Source: Bacilli bacterium (lineage in GTDB: Bacteria > Bacillota_I > Bacilli_A > RF39 > UBA660). Taken from it: a stretch of 64,000 nt of DNA. The position numbers and the translations under genes were made by a program. How positions within the stretch are numbered: the first letter of the stretch is position 1; each line of letters opens with the position of its first letter. The notes under the pieces were generated by a model, which ran no database searches, was not told where the DNA came from, and worked only from the letters and a program-made list of their open reading frames with translations. Positions 46,139 to 57,058 of this stretch are shown piece by piece. The stretch covers positions 144,729 to 208,728 of the forward strand of contig JAFQXM010000007.1 of NCBI GenBank assembly GCA_017406955.1, in the 5' to 3' direction.

Positions 46139-47614
46139 CTAAATTACAATAGCAATCATATTATTAGAACCTTTATTTACTACTTTTGATAGAGTGGTTT
46201 GTAGTTTAAATCTAATGTTTTCTGGCATTAGGTTTATTTTTGATTGGATACCTTCTTGTACTATAGAATCTAGACTTCTACCAAATATTTCACTTTTCCA
46301 TATTTCTGTTACATCTTTAGCTTTATCTTTAGTTAAGCTATCTATTAATTCTTTACATTGTACTTCACTACCTATTATTGGTTCAAAAGTGGATTCTACA
46401 TCTACTCTTATCATATGAATAGAAGGGGCAACAGCTTTTAATTTAACTCCATATCTAGGACCTTGTTTAATTATTTCAGGTTTATCTAGCTTCATATCTT
46501 CAATAGCAGGGGTAGCCACTCCATAACCAGTTTGTTTAACCATCTTTAATGCATATTTGATTCCATCATATTCTTTTTTCGCAATATTAAAGTCTTGGAA
46601 CAGTGATAATAAATCAGCTTTGTTTTTAACATCTATTTTTATTATATCAGTAAGTGTTTTATCATATAAATCTTTTGGGGCAGTTAAATTAACAGTTATA
46701 ATACCAGTAGATGGATCTACATCAGATAAATAAGCTTTTTCTATTAAGTCGTTTGTTAAAAATTTATTAGTAATATTATCTACATCTCTAAGTTTATCTA
46801 TTTCTACAACACTATCTCTAATAGAACTTACATAACTTTCTTTAACTGGATGATCATGATTTAGTATGGCAATCCATTCAGGCATATTAATTTTTACTTC
46901 TAATACTGGAAATTCATATAAAGCCTCTCTTAGAATATCATACATATCTTTTTCATTCATTGCTTCTATATTAACAGGAAGAGTCGCAACATTATATTCA
47001 TCCTTAATAGATTCTACTATTTTAGTAGTCTCAGGTAGAGTAGGATGAGTAGTATTTACTATTACAATAAATGGTTTATTCATACTACTTAACTCATTAA
47101 TAACACGTTTTTCTGCATCTACATAGTCACTTCTATTAAATTCTCCAATTGATCCGTCTGTAGTAACTACAATACCTATAGTAGAATGATCTTTAATAAC
47201 TTTCTCAGTACCAACCTCGGCAGCTTCTACAAAAGGTATTTCTTCGCTATACCAAGGAGTTTTTACCATTCTAGGACCATTTTCATCAGTAGCTCCAATT
47301 GCATTATCAATCATATAACCAACACAATCAATTAATTTAATATTACAACTAAAGTCATCAATATCTATTTTAGCTGTATTATTAGGAACAAATTTAGGTT
47401 CTGTAGTCATAATAGTTTTACCAGCTGCACTTTGAGGAATCTCATCTAAAGCACGTTTTTTCTCATACTCATCAGAAATATTAGGAACAATTAAAGTTTC
47501 TACCATTCTTTTAATAAAAGTAGATTTACCAGTACGTACTGCACCAACTACACCTAGATATATATCACCATTACCTCTAGCAGCTATATTTTTAATAATT
47601 TCTTGTTTATCCAT
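46139..47614 (-). CDS. spoIVA: Stage IV sporulation protein A (spore coat morphogenetic ATPase)
   Basis: IYLGVVGAVRTGKSTFIKRM Walker A and full-length collinearity; AAGGAG SD before MDKQ. Confidence 0.9.
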   Translation of the reverse strand: MDKQEIIKNIAARGNGDIYLGVVGAVRTGKSTFIKRMVETLIVPNISDEYEKKRALDEIPQSAAGKTIMTTEPKFVPNNTAKIDIDDFSCNIKLIDCVGYMIDNAIGATDENGPRMVKTPWYSEEIPFVEAAEVGTEKVIKDHSTIGIVVTTDGSIGEFNRSDYVDAEKRVINELSSMNKPFIVIVNTTHPTLPETTKIVESIKDEYNVATLPVNIEAMNEKDMYDILREALYEFPVLEVKINMPEWIAILNHDHPVKESYVSSIRDSVVEIDKLRDVDNITNKFLTNDLIEKAYLSDVDPSTGIITVNLTAPKDLYDKTLTDIIKIDVKNKADLLSLFQDFNIAKKEYDGIKYALKMVKQTGYGVATPAIEDMKLDKPEIIKQGPRYGVKLKAVAPSIHMIRVDVESTFEPIIGSEVQCKELIDSLTKDKAKDVTEIWKSEIFGRSLDSIVQEGIQSKINLMPENIRFKLQTTLSKVVNKGSNNMIAIVI

Positions 47615-47686
47615 ATACATTCTCCTTTATTCATAATAAATTTATGTTAATTACAATTTATATATTCCAATAAAAAAATAAAATGT

Positions 47687-47926
47687 CTAAAACATTTTAT
47701 CTATATTTTTAGGTATTTTATCTCCAATAATAGAATCAACTATTTTATCTTCTTTCTCTTTAGAAATATTTTTACCAGTAATATCACTAATTTCTTTAAT
47801 AACATCTCTAATACTATTTTCATCTTTCATATTACCATTTTGTAATCTCTGGGCTAAAGAAAGAATTGTATTTTTATTTACATTAGTTTTATTTTCTACT
47901 CTTTTAAAGAAATTATCTCCAAACAT
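47687..47926 (-). CDS. SpoVIF-like small sporulation protein (tentative)
   Basis: MFGDNFFKRVENKTNV...LAQRLQNGNMKDE..IRDVI resembles the YjcC/SpoVIF pattern. Confidence 0.45.
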   Translation of the reverse strand: MFGDNFFKRVENKTNVNKNTILSLAQRLQNGNMKDENSIRDVIKEISDITGKNISKEKEDKIVDSIIGDKIPKNIDKMF

Positions 47927-47968
47927 AAAAAACCTCCTACCATATTATATGTAAGAGATTATTTTTAG

Positions 47969-48256
47969 TTATTTTTTATTTTTTAAAGCCTTAGCTTTCT
48001 TTTTCCCTATTTCTTTACATTTCTTGTTAAACTCATCAGCACTAATAAGTTTTTTTTGATATCTTTCTTTTAACATTGCTAATGATTTATCATACATTGC
48101 AATTTCATCATTAGCACTAGTATGAGAATAATTAGACAAATCTTCAGTGAATCCAAAGTTGTTATTAGGCCCTGCATGATTAGAATGTTGACTTTTTAAA
48201 GTATTCATTAATTTAGCGCTTTTACTACCAAGATTATTATTGTTTCCGATAATCAT
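47969..48256 (-). CDS. SHOCT-domain small protein
   Basis: C-terminal KKLISADEFNKKCKEI resembles the SHOCT motif. The start codon abuts the der stop codon. Confidence 0.45.
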   Translation of the reverse strand: MIIGNNNNLGSKSAKLMNTLKSQHSNHAGPNNNFGFTEDLSNYSHTSANDEIAMYDKSLAMLKERYQKKLISADEFNKKCKEIGKKKAKALKNKK

Positions 48257-49564
48257 TTAATCATCTCCATTTCTATTTTTAAACTTTAATACAATAGGTG
48301 TTCCTTCTAAGTCAAAGTTTTCTCTAAGTTTGTTTTCTAAATATCTTTCATATGAGAAATGTATAAGACCTTTATTATTTACTCTAATAGTAAACTTAGG
48401 AGGTTTTATATCGGTTTGTGATGAGAAAAATATTTTTAATCTTCTTCCCTTATATGAAGGAGGTATATTTAAGTTATAAGCATCTAATATTACATTATTT
48501 AAAATACTTGTAGGTATTTCTTTCTTTATATTTTCTCCAACTTTAATTATTTCTGGCATTAAAGTATGAATTCTTTTTTTAGTTAAAGCTGATAAAAATA
48601 CAATAGGTGCATAAGTTGCGAATTGAAATTCTGCTCTCATTAGTTTCTTATAATCATTAATAGTAGTATCTTTAACTGTATCCCATTTATTAACTACAAA
48701 TATCAATCCTTTACCTCTCTCTATTGTATAACCTGTAATATGTTTATCATGCTCTGTTATACCTTGTTCTGCATCTATTACGACTAAGCAAATATCACTT
48801 CTATCAATAGATTTCAAAGATCTAAGTAAACTATATTTTTCAACTGATTCAAATATTTTACCCTTTTTTCTCATACCAGCAGTATCTATCATTACATATT
48901 CTTCACCATGATATTTTAATATAGAGTCTACTGAATCTCTAGTAGTACCCGCAACATCTGATACAACAACTCTTTCTTCATTTAATAAAGCATTCATTAA
49001 ACTACTTTTACCTACATTAGGTCTTCCAATAATAGAAAACTTTAATCTATTATCTTCTTTTTCTTCTACTTCACTAAACTTATTAGTTACCCTATCCATA
49101 AGATCTATAAAACCAATATTATGAACACTACTAATAGGTATATAATCATCAAAACCTAATTCATAGAAATCATATATATTTTCTTTAGCTTTTTTAGTAT
49201 CCATTTTATTAATCGCAACAACAACTTCTTTTTTACTTCGTCTTAATATATCTCTAACTACTAAATCATTACTAGTAATACCTTCTTTACCATCAACCAT
49301 AAATATAACAATATCAGCATCTTCAATGGCAATTTCAGCTTGCATCTTAATCTCATTATTAAACTTCATTTTAGCTTCATCAATACCACCAGTATCAATC
49401 AAATAAAAAGGCTTGTTGTTGTATGTTGCTTGTTGATATATTCTATCTCTTGTTACTCCGGGGATATCTTCTATAATAGATACTTTACGACCAACTATTT
49501 TATTAAAAAGAGTTGATTTCCCGACATTAGGTCTTCCAACTAAAGCTACTGTAGGTATATTCAT
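48257..49564 (-). CDS. der: Ribosome-associated GTPase Der/EngA (two GTPase domains plus KH-like)
   Basis: GRPNVGKSTLFN and a second GRPNVGKSSLMN G1 motif. Confidence 0.92.
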   Translation of the reverse strand: MNIPTVALVGRPNVGKSTLFNKIVGRKVSIIEDIPGVTRDRIYQQATYNNKPFYLIDTGGIDEAKMKFNNEIKMQAEIAIEDADIVIFMVDGKEGITSNDLVVRDILRRSKKEVVVAINKMDTKKAKENIYDFYELGFDDYIPISSVHNIGFIDLMDRVTNKFSEVEEKEDNRLKFSIIGRPNVGKSSLMNALLNEERVVVSDVAGTTRDSVDSILKYHGEEYVMIDTAGMRKKGKIFESVEKYSLLRSLKSIDRSDICLVVIDAEQGITEHDKHITGYTIERGKGLIFVVNKWDTVKDTTINDYKKLMRAEFQFATYAPIVFLSALTKKRIHTLMPEIIKVGENIKKEIPTSILNNVILDAYNLNIPPSYKGRRLKIFFSSQTDIKPPKFTIRVNNKGLIHFSYERYLENKLRENFDLEGTPIVLKFKNRNGDD

Positions 49565-49688
49565 ATATTATCCCCTCCAATCTAGCCTTATTATATCACA
49601 TGGGTATAAAATTAGAAAGAAAAGATATTTCTTTAATGTAAATCAAAAATAATGTGCTATAATAAATTTGAATAGGAGGATATAAATT

Positions 49689-50453
49689 ATGAATAAAAAG
49701 GAAGATATGAGTATTAGTTGGTTAGATAATCCCAATATAGTAACTAACATTATAATAGGACTGATCATAGTAATGGTTTTTCAAAGCCAATCTTATTTAG
49801 TTAATAATAATTTAAATACATATGAAGTATTTAGGAATGTCATTAATTATAATAGTATCTATTTAATTATGTTAGTTTATTTTATAGCTATAAAAACAAA
49901 AATAGGTAAGAAATATTTCAATTACTTAAATTTATTTTTAATAATTCTATATTTAATTAATAGTATCACATCATGTCTAATAATATTTCAATCATTCACT
50001 TTAATATCACTAATTAATTTTATACTTAATGTATCAATTTTTACTTATTTGTTTCACATATTTTTTAGAAAAACAGGTATATGGAAAGAATTTAAACTAG
50101 AGAAATCTCCATTTAATGAAGTTAGTAATGAATCATACTTTTATATAGTAGTTATATTGATTGTTATTTATCTAGCTCTAAATTTAATTGAAATAAATTC
50201 TATGAAGAGTATATTCTTATTACTATTAGAATCAATATATTTAATGATGTTTACTAGATATATATATTTATATGGATTACATTTATATAAAGGAAAAGAA
50301 AAGAAATATACCTCTTTAAAAGAAAAAGCTGAAGATATAAAGAATGAAATAATTTCTGATATCAAAGAAACATCTGATGAAATAAAAGAAGAAATAACAA
50401 ATAAAGAAAAAAATAAAAAGAAAAAGACAACTAAGAATAGAGGTGTTAAATAA
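49689..50453 (+). CDS. Polytopic membrane protein with Lys/Glu-rich tail, unknown
   Basis: Five to six TM segments. Confidence 0.45.
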   Translation: MNKKEDMSISWLDNPNIVTNIIIGLIIVMVFQSQSYLVNNNLNTYEVFRNVINYNSIYLIMLVYFIAIKTKIGKKYFNYLNLFLIILYLINSITSCLIIFQSFTLISLINFILNVSIFTYLFHIFFRKTGIWKEFKLEKSPFNEVSNESYFYIVVILIVIYLALNLIEINSMKSIFLLLLESIYLMMFTRYIYLYGLHLYKGKEKKYTSLKEKAEDIKNEIISDIKETSDEIKEEITNKEKNKKKKTTKNRGVK

Positions 50454-50454
50454 T

Positions 50455-50784
50455 ATGAATATGTTTGATGAAATAGATAAATTGAAAATAGATCTTCCAA
50501 AGTTTAAACAACTTAATAAAGAAATAAAAATTAAAAGTTTTAATAACTACCAACAATTCGCAATAGTAGTGTTAATAATTGGTTTAATAATAGGTGTTGT
50601 ATTAGGGAATATGTTTACTGTATGCGGTAGTGTTTCTAATTTTTATTCTAGTTGTAGTTCTAAAGAGTTTAATTTTGTTTTAATGACAGTAGTGTGGAGT
50701 ATAAGTTTACTAACCAGTGTGTTTTTATTCTGGATGGGGCACATTATTCAACTATTAAAAAGTATAGATAGGAAGTTAAAATAA
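50455..50784 (+). CDS. Small membrane protein, unknown
   Basis: agaggtg SD; two to three TM segments. Confidence 0.4.
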   Translation: MNMFDEIDKLKIDLPKFKQLNKEIKIKSFNNYQQFAIVVLIIGLIIGVVLGNMFTVCGSVSNFYSSCSSKEFNFVLMTVVWSISLLTSVFLFWMGHIIQLLKSIDRKLK

Positions 50785-50916
50785 CTTCTTTTTTCTTTTT
50801 AAAGTAAAAAAAGTGTAGTTTTTTTGTTATTTTTATTGTAATTTTACTAAAATTATGGTAAATTTTAATTACAAGCATAGATTGTGCTTAATTAATCAAT
50901 GGGAGGTATAATGATT

Positions 50917-51189
50917 ATGAAAAAAGTTGAATTAGTAGAAGCTGTAGCTGATGCTGCTGGATTAACTAAAGCAGATGCTACTAGAGCTATCGATGCTACT
51001 TTAGATGCTATTAAAGGAGCTTTAGTGAAAGGAGATAAAGTACCACTAGTTGGATTTGGAACTTTCGCTACTTCTAAGAGAGCTGCACGTGAAGGACGTA
51101 ATCCTAGAACTGGAGAAACAGTTAAGATTGCTGCTAGAACTGCAGTTACATTTAAAGCTGGTTCTGCATTAAAAGATGCTGTAAACTAA
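50917..51189 (+). CDS. hup: DNA-binding protein HU
   Basis: MKKVELVEAVA...GFGTFATSKRAAREGRNPRTGE arm motif; GGGAGG SD. Confidence 0.92.
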   Translation: MKKVELVEAVADAAGLTKADATRAIDATLDAIKGALVKGDKVPLVGFGTFATSKRAAREGRNPRTGETVKIAARTAVTFKAGSALKDAVN

Positions 51190-51199
51190 TTTAAATTTG

Positions 51200-51224
51200 A
51201 AAGCCTAATTATAGGCTTTTTTAT
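51200..51224 (+). terminator. Rho-independent terminator after hup
   Basis: aagcctaat/t/ataggctt followed by ttttat. Confidence 0.6.
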
Positions 51225-51270
51225 TTGTATAAAATATTATGTGATATAATTTAAATAGGTGATGTTATTT

Positions 51271-52359
51271 ATGTTAGATAGTGCTATAAAGATACTTAAA
51301 AAACTTAATGATAATAATTATAATGCTTACATAGTAGGTGGTTTTGTTAGAGATCATTTACTAGGATTAAAATCTAATGATATTGATATTACTACTAACG
51401 CAAAACCTAAAGAAATATTAAAATTATTTGAAGATGCAGAACTATCAAGTAAAGATTATGGTACAGTTACTGTTACTAGAAACGGATATAGATTTGAAAT
51501 AACCACTTTTCGTAAAGAAATTAATTATAAAGATCATAGACACCCAGATGAAATAGAATATATAGATGATTTATATGAAGATTTATTAAGAAGAGATTTT
51601 ACTGTTAATACCATATGTATGGATAAAGATGAACAGATTATAGATTTATTAGAAGGTAGAAAAGATTTAAATAAAAAAATTATTAAGACAGTAGGAGAAT
51701 CAGATATAAGATTCAAAGAAGATGCATTAAGAATATTACGAGCTATTAGGTTTTCTACAAGTTTAAAATTTTCTTTAGATAAAGACATAGAAAAAGCTAT
51801 ATATAATAATAAATATTTATTAAATAAAATTTCTTATAATAGAAAAAAAGCTGAATTAGATAAGATATTTACTAGTAATAATTCAGATAAAGGAATTGAA
51901 TTATTATTAAAGTATGATTTAGATAAAGAATTAAATTTAAATAGATTATCTAAAGTAGTACCAAATAGTGATTTAATTGGAATATGGAGTATATTAGATG
52001 TTACTGATATATATCCGTTTACTAGTGGAGAAAAAGATATAATAAAAAAGGTAAATAAGGCTTTATTAGAAGATTATAGTAGTATGAGACTTTATAAATA
52101 TGGATTATATGTAAATAGTGTAATAGCGGATATAAAAGGACTAGATAAAAAGAAAGTTACAGAGGATTATAATGCTCTTCCCATACATACTAGAAATGAC
52201 TTAGACATAACTAGTGAAGAGATAATGAAATTATTAAATAAGGAACCAGGGGGGTATTTAACAGAAATATATAATGATTTGATAGAAAAAGTATTATATA
52301 GAAAAATAGAAAACAAAAATAATATATTAACTAATTATATTATTACTAATTATAAGTAA
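51271..52359 (+). CDS. cca: CCA-adding tRNA nucleotidyltransferase
   Basis: GGFVRDHLLGLKSNDIDITT nucleotidyltransferase motif and RRDFTVN. Confidence 0.85.
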   Translation: MLDSAIKILKKLNDNNYNAYIVGGFVRDHLLGLKSNDIDITTNAKPKEILKLFEDAELSSKDYGTVTVTRNGYRFEITTFRKEINYKDHRHPDEIEYIDDLYEDLLRRDFTVNTICMDKDEQIIDLLEGRKDLNKKIIKTVGESDIRFKEDALRILRAIRFSTSLKFSLDKDIEKAIYNNKYLLNKISYNRKKAELDKIFTSNNSDKGIELLLKYDLDKELNLNRLSKVVPNSDLIGIWSILDVTDIYPFTSGEKDIIKKVNKALLEDYSSMRLYKYGLYVNSVIADIKGLDKKKVTEDYNALPIHTRNDLDITSEEIMKLLNKEPGGYLTEIYNDLIEKVLYRKIENKNNILTNYIITNYK

Positions 52360-52413
52360 CTATTAATTTTATTTAATTTATGATATTATAAATTTCAAGT
52401 GGAGATGATAAGT

Positions 52414-53073
52414 ATGGATATGTCTAATATTATAGAAATATTTCAAGATAGAAATATAGTTATACCACTATATTTATTTAAGAGAATAAAAGAGTTTAAA
52501 TTAAAGACTGATGAGTTTATGTTTTTAATGTACTTGTATAATTTAGGAGATAAATTTGTTTTTGATCCTAATCGTTTTTCAAATGATTTAAATATAAGTA
52601 ATAATAAAGTTATGAAGTATATTGAAACTCTTACAGAAAAACATTTTATAAGAGTAGAAGTATTAAAAAATGATAAAGGCTTAATGGAAGAAGTAGTTTT
52701 ATTAGAAGATTTTTATAATAAAATATCATTAAAAACTATATCTAATAATATAGACAAACAGGATTCTAATATTTTTGAAATTATTGAAAAAGAATTTGGA
52801 AGGACTTTAAGTCCTATGGAATATGAAATTATAAAAGCTTGGTTAGATAATAATATAAAAGAAGAATTAATAAAAGAAGCTATAAAAGAAGCTACTTTTA
52901 ATGGAGTGTCTAATTTAAGATATATAGATAAAATATTATATGAATGGGGTAAAAAGGGCATCAAAAATTCTAAAGATGTAGAAAACAATAGGAAAAAGAG
53001 AAATAATAAAAAAGAAGATAATAATGATGTTGATTTAGATATAGTTGATTGGAATTGGTTTGATGAAGAATGA
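52414..53073 (+). CDS. dnaD: DnaD-domain replication initiation/membrane attachment protein
   Basis: N-terminal wHTH-like region and C-terminal DnaD/DDBH2 domain (LSPMEYEIIKAWLDN..EELIKEAIKEA); conserved position upstream of nth. Confidence 0.7.
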   Translation: MDMSNIIEIFQDRNIVIPLYLFKRIKEFKLKTDEFMFLMYLYNLGDKFVFDPNRFSNDLNISNNKVMKYIETLTEKHFIRVEVLKNDKGLMEEVVLLEDFYNKISLKTISNNIDKQDSNIFEIIEKEFGRTLSPMEYEIIKAWLDNNIKEELIKEAIKEATFNGVSNLRYIDKILYEWGKKGIKNSKDVENNRKKRNNKKEDNNDVDLDIVDWNWFDEE

Positions 53074-53689
53074 AAAGATAATTAATTACTTAGATGAACT
53101 ATTTCCTAATCCTAAATGTGAATTAACATATTTTAATGACTATAGTTTATTAATGGCAATTGTATTAAGCGCTCAATGCACTGACAAAAGAGTAAATATG
53201 GTTACTCCAATTATTTTTAAAAAATATAAAAGTTTAGAAGAATTAAGTAATGCAGATGTTAAAGATTTAGAGGATATAATTAGGCCGGTAGGATCTTTTA
53301 GAAAAAAAAGTGTATACTTAAAAGAAATAGCTAAACTATTATTAGAAAAATATGATGGTAAAGTTCCAATAGATAAACATCTATTAGAACAATTTCCTGG
53401 TGTTGGTAGGAAGACAGCAAACGTATTTTTAAGTGAGTTTTATAACTATACTGCTATTGCGGTAGATACACATGTAGATAGAGTTTCTAAGAGGTTAAAA
53501 TTAGCTTATAGTAATGATAGTGTTAATAAAGTAGAAGAAAAATTGATGAAGAAGTTTCCTAAAGATAAGTGGGCTAAATTACATTTGCAATTAGTTCTAT
53601 TTGGAAGGTACTATTGTAAGGCTATCAAACCAGAGTGTACTAATTGTAAATTGAAAGATTTATGTAGATACAAAGGAAGAGATAAATGA
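53063..53689 (+). CDS. nth: Endonuclease III
   Basis: HhH-GPD fold (LPGVGRKTANVFL) and 4Fe-4S cluster CKAIKPECTNCKLKDLC. Overlaps dnaD by 11 nt. Confidence 0.9.
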   Translation: MKNEKIINYLDELFPNPKCELTYFNDYSLLMAIVLSAQCTDKRVNMVTPIIFKKYKSLEELSNADVKDLEDIIRPVGSFRKKSVYLKEIAKLLLEKYDGKVPIDKHLLEQFPGVGRKTANVFLSEFYNYTAIAVDTHVDRVSKRLKLAYSNDSVNKVEEKLMKKFPKDKWAKLHLQLVLFGRYYCKAIKPECTNCKLKDLCRYKGRDK

Positions 53690-54399
53690 AGTTAAAAAGA
53701 ATTGTATATATATTAATTGAATTAGTTTTTTTAGTACTAATAATTATTTCTATTATTATGATTTATAAATGGTTTAATGAAAAAAGAAAAGTAAATAAAG
53801 AATTAGAACAAATTACAAATAAAGTTATTATAGGAAAAGAAAATAATAAAGAAATAAACTTTAAAAAACTAAAAACAATAAATAATGATACAGTAGGATG
53901 GTTAAAAATAAATAATACAAACATAGATTATCCGGTAGTACAATCTAAAGATAATAGTTTTTATTTAAATCATTCTTTTAACAAGAAACAAAACAATGCT
54001 GGTTGGATCTTTATGGACTATAACAATAAATTAGATGGTACAGATAAAAATATTATTATATATGGGCATAATAGATTAGATAACATCATGTTTGGAACAT
54101 TAAAGGAAACCTTAGATAAAGATTGGTATAGTAATAATGATAATTTAAAAATAAAATTTATTACACAAGATGAAGAGGTTACATATAAAATATTTTCTAT
54201 TTATAAAATAAAAGAAGAAACATATTATTTAAAAACAAATTTCAATAGTATAAACTATTTAAAATTTATTAATACATTAAAAAAACGTAGCATTCATGAT
54301 TTTGATATAAATTTGAATGATACAAAACAAATACTAACATTATCAACTTGTTCAGGAATGAATAATTATAGATTGGTTATTCATGCCAAAAAAATATAG
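53686..54399 (+). CDS. srtB: Class B sortase
   Basis: TVGWLKINNTNIDYPVVQSKDNSFYLNHSFN, YGHN and TLSTCS, near-collinear with staphylococcal SrtB. N-terminal TM. Confidence 0.85.
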   Translation: MKLKRIVYILIELVFLVLIIISIIMIYKWFNEKRKVNKELEQITNKVIIGKENNKEINFKKLKTINNDTVGWLKINNTNIDYPVVQSKDNSFYLNHSFNKKQNNAGWIFMDYNNKLDGTDKNIIIYGHNRLDNIMFGTLKETLDKDWYSNNDNLKIKFITQDEEVTYKIFSIYKIKEETYYLKTNFNSINYLKFINTLKKRSIHDFDINLNDTKQILTLSTCSGMNNYRLVIHAKKI

Positions 54400-54406
54400 A
54401 AATATA

Positions 54407-54450
54407 AAAAGATTGTACCTGGAAATTACAGGTTACAATCTTTTTTTGTT
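54407..54450. terminator. Bidirectional terminator between srtB and ponA
   Basis: aagattgtacctg/...../caggttacaatctt followed by a T-run. Confidence 0.5.
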
Positions 54451-57058
54451 ATTCTGTTTCAGTTGGACTAGGAGTAGTAGTTGGTGAAGTTGTAGGACTA
54501 GGAGAAGGTGTAGTTGTTTCTGGTTGTTTTAATGTGAATGATGCCGCACCACTTTGAGCACCACTATAACTCTTATAAGTAGCTATAACTCTATATACAC
54601 CATATGGTGAACCAGAGGAAGCTACATAAGTATATGTTGTTTTATTTGTAAATGATAATAATGTTGAACCAAAATATACATTATAACCAAAATCTCCATA
54701 ACTAGAATCTGCATCTTTAAGTGGATTAACAGCACTCCAACTTATAGTAACAGTATTAGTGCTAGAATTGTAACTAGCTTGAAGTCCAGAAGGAGTATTT
54801 AATTTATCACTTACAGCTTCTCCTTTACCACTTGGTTCATGTCCTTTTTTAAAGTATTCATAAACAATATTTCCTCCCTCACCAGTTGCTATTTTTGGAG
54901 GATTAGATCCTGCTATTATTCCTAATTTAACAACACTAGATGGTTGTTTAAATGCTGATCGTCTTGATTCCATAGCTCCAGAGGATACTAAAGCATTAAA
55001 CAATCTATCTTTTTGCATAGTAGCAGGTAAATTTCTTAAACAATATTCTTTATCAATAAAGTCATATCCATACCACATACCAACAACAGTTTTTGTAGAA
55101 TATCCAATTACCCAAGAATCTCTAATTGCATCTGCTGGTAAATGATTTCTAGTAATTGTAGTTGAATCATAGTTAGTAGTACCAGTTTTACAAGCTACAT
55201 TATTAGGAGTACCACCAGTTAATTGAACATCTTGTAGTACACTTGAAATCATAAATGCTGTAGCATCAGACATAACTCGTTTTTTGTTTGATTTATGTTC
55301 CCTAGTAGTACCATTGCTTCTAAGTACAATTTTGCTAACACTATATGGTTCATTATAATAACCACCGTTTGAGAATGCTGCATATGCTGCACTCATTTGT
55401 AATGGACTAACACCAGTAAATGCTCCAATTGAATGAGCCTCATGAATCCTACCATTTTCTATTTCAGGTTTAATACCTAAACTAGTAACAAATTTAATAA
55501 TTTTTTTATTATCAACTTGTTGGAAAGCTTTTAATGCAGGTATATTTCGTGATGCTGATAAAGCTCTTCTTAAAGTAATAGTACCGAAATAACCACGATC
55601 CCAGTTGTTTATTGTTTTACCATTAGAATAATGATATGGAGAATCATCAAACAATTGATAAGTAGACCAGTTATTATATTCTATACCAGGTCCATAATCA
55701 AATAATGGTTTAGCAGAAGAACCAGGTTGTCTTTTTATTTGTGTTGCGTAATTATAACTATTAGCACCTTTTCTATTTCTACCGCTACCAATAGCTAATA
55801 TCTTACCAGTTTCAGAATCTAATACTGAAACTCCAGTTTGGACTTTATCATTAATCCAATTGTATTTGTCTCCATTTAACACAGCATTAACTGCATCTTG
55901 TTTATCAGAATCCATATTAGTATAGATTAATAATGGAGTAGTATAAGCATTAACTTTATATTTTTCTTTAACTTCTTCAACAACAGTATCAATATAACCT
56001 TGATATTTGTTTTCTTTTTCTTCTTTAGCTTCACTAGTTAATGTTTCAATAGGGACTTTATTAGCAGTTTCTTCTTCTTCTTTTGTAATATAACCATGTT
56101 TTCTCATTAAGTATAAAACAGTTTTTCTTCTAGCTGTTGCATTTTTAGGATTAACAGTAGGTCTATAATAGTTAGGAGATTTAAACATTCCAGCTAAAAC
56201 AGCAGCTTCACTTAAATTTAACTCACTAACATCTTTTCCAAAATAATTTTTAGCAGCCTCTTGAACACCATATATATTTCCGCCTAAGAAATGGTTATTA
56301 ACATAAAACTCAACTATTTCTTCTTTAGTATATTGTTTTTCTAACTTAAATACAGCTAAATATATATCAGTAAATTTACGAATAATACCTTTAATACCAG
56401 TTGATTCAGTAGAAGTAAAACTATTTTTTATAACTTGCATTGACAAAGTAGAAGCTCCACCAGCATCACTATTACCACCAAGTTGTCCAGCAGACGCTTT
56501 TAAGAATCTAGCTGCATCAAACCCATTATGTTGAAAGAATCTTGAATCTTCAGTAGCTACAATTGCATCAACTAATACTTGAGGAAGCTGATCATAGGTA
56601 ACTTTTTCCCTCATTTCAGATCCTAGTTTCGCAACTTGTTTTTTATCTTTATTATAAATAATTGTAACCTCACTAGTATCAAGTCTTGATTTATCAAATT
56701 TAGGAGCACTAACAGTAATAAACATCAAGAATATCGCTAGTAGTACAAGTCCTAAAATACCTAGGCTCAAGACTACTATTAAGAAAATATTTAAAGCTTT
56801 CTTTTTCTTTTTATCATTTTTATACTTTTTTAATAGATGAGCAACATATACAATTACTCCAATACCTAAACCCGTAATTATTGTAATAAATAATCCAAGT
56901 TTTAAATAACATAAAAGTAATAATGCAACAAAACCTATCCAACATGCTATTTCAATATTTTGTTCGTTTTTACTTTTAGGTATTGACCTATGTTTCATAT
57001 AGCCCCTCTTATTATTTGAACTTCTTCTAATTTTTTTCCCCATTTTATTTACCTCCAA
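54449..57058 (-). CDS. ponA: Penicillin-binding protein 1A (bifunctional glycosyltransferase/transpeptidase) with Pro/Thr/Ser-rich C-terminal tail
   Basis: GT51 motifs (EDSRFFQHNGFD, RKF), transpeptidase SxxK (SSAKP) and KTGT. Tail PETTTPSPSPTTSPTTTPSPTETE. Confidence 0.9.
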   Translation of the reverse strand: MEVNKMGKKIRRSSNNKRGYMKHRSIPKSKNEQNIEIACWIGFVALLLLCYLKLGLFITIITGLGIGVIVYVAHLLKKYKNDKKKKKALNIFLIVVLSLGILGLVLLAIFLMFITVSAPKFDKSRLDTSEVTIIYNKDKKQVAKLGSEMREKVTYDQLPQVLVDAIVATEDSRFFQHNGFDAARFLKASAGQLGGNSDAGGASTLSMQVIKNSFTSTESTGIKGIIRKFTDIYLAVFKLEKQYTKEEIVEFYVNNHFLGGNIYGVQEAAKNYFGKDVSELNLSEAAVLAGMFKSPNYYRPTVNPKNATARRKTVLYLMRKHGYITKEEEETANKVPIETLTSEAKEEKENKYQGYIDTVVEEVKEKYKVNAYTTPLLIYTNMDSDKQDAVNAVLNGDKYNWINDKVQTGVSVLDSETGKILAIGSGRNRKGANSYNYATQIKRQPGSSAKPLFDYGPGIEYNNWSTYQLFDDSPYHYSNGKTINNWDRGYFGTITLRRALSASRNIPALKAFQQVDNKKIIKFVTSLGIKPEIENGRIHEAHSIGAFTGVSPLQMSAAYAAFSNGGYYNEPYSVSKIVLRSNGTTREHKSNKKRVMSDATAFMISSVLQDVQLTGGTPNNVACKTGTTNYDSTTITRNHLPADAIRDSWVIGYSTKTVVGMWYGYDFIDKEYCLRNLPATMQKDRLFNALVSSGAMESRRSAFKQPSSVVKLGIIAGSNPPKIATGEGGNIVYEYFKKGHEPSGKGEAVSDKLNTPSGLQASYNSSTNTVTISWSAVNPLKDADSSYGDFGYNVYFGSTLLSFTNKTTYTYVASSGSPYGVYRVIATYKSYSGAQSGAASFTLKQPETTTPSPSPTTSPTTTPSPTETE

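Noticed and set aside
52249-52254. G6 run inside cca (encodes PGGY).
   Set aside because: It is only six bases, in-frame and coding conserved Gly-Gly. It is far shorter than the G9 promoter tract and not convincingly slippage-prone.
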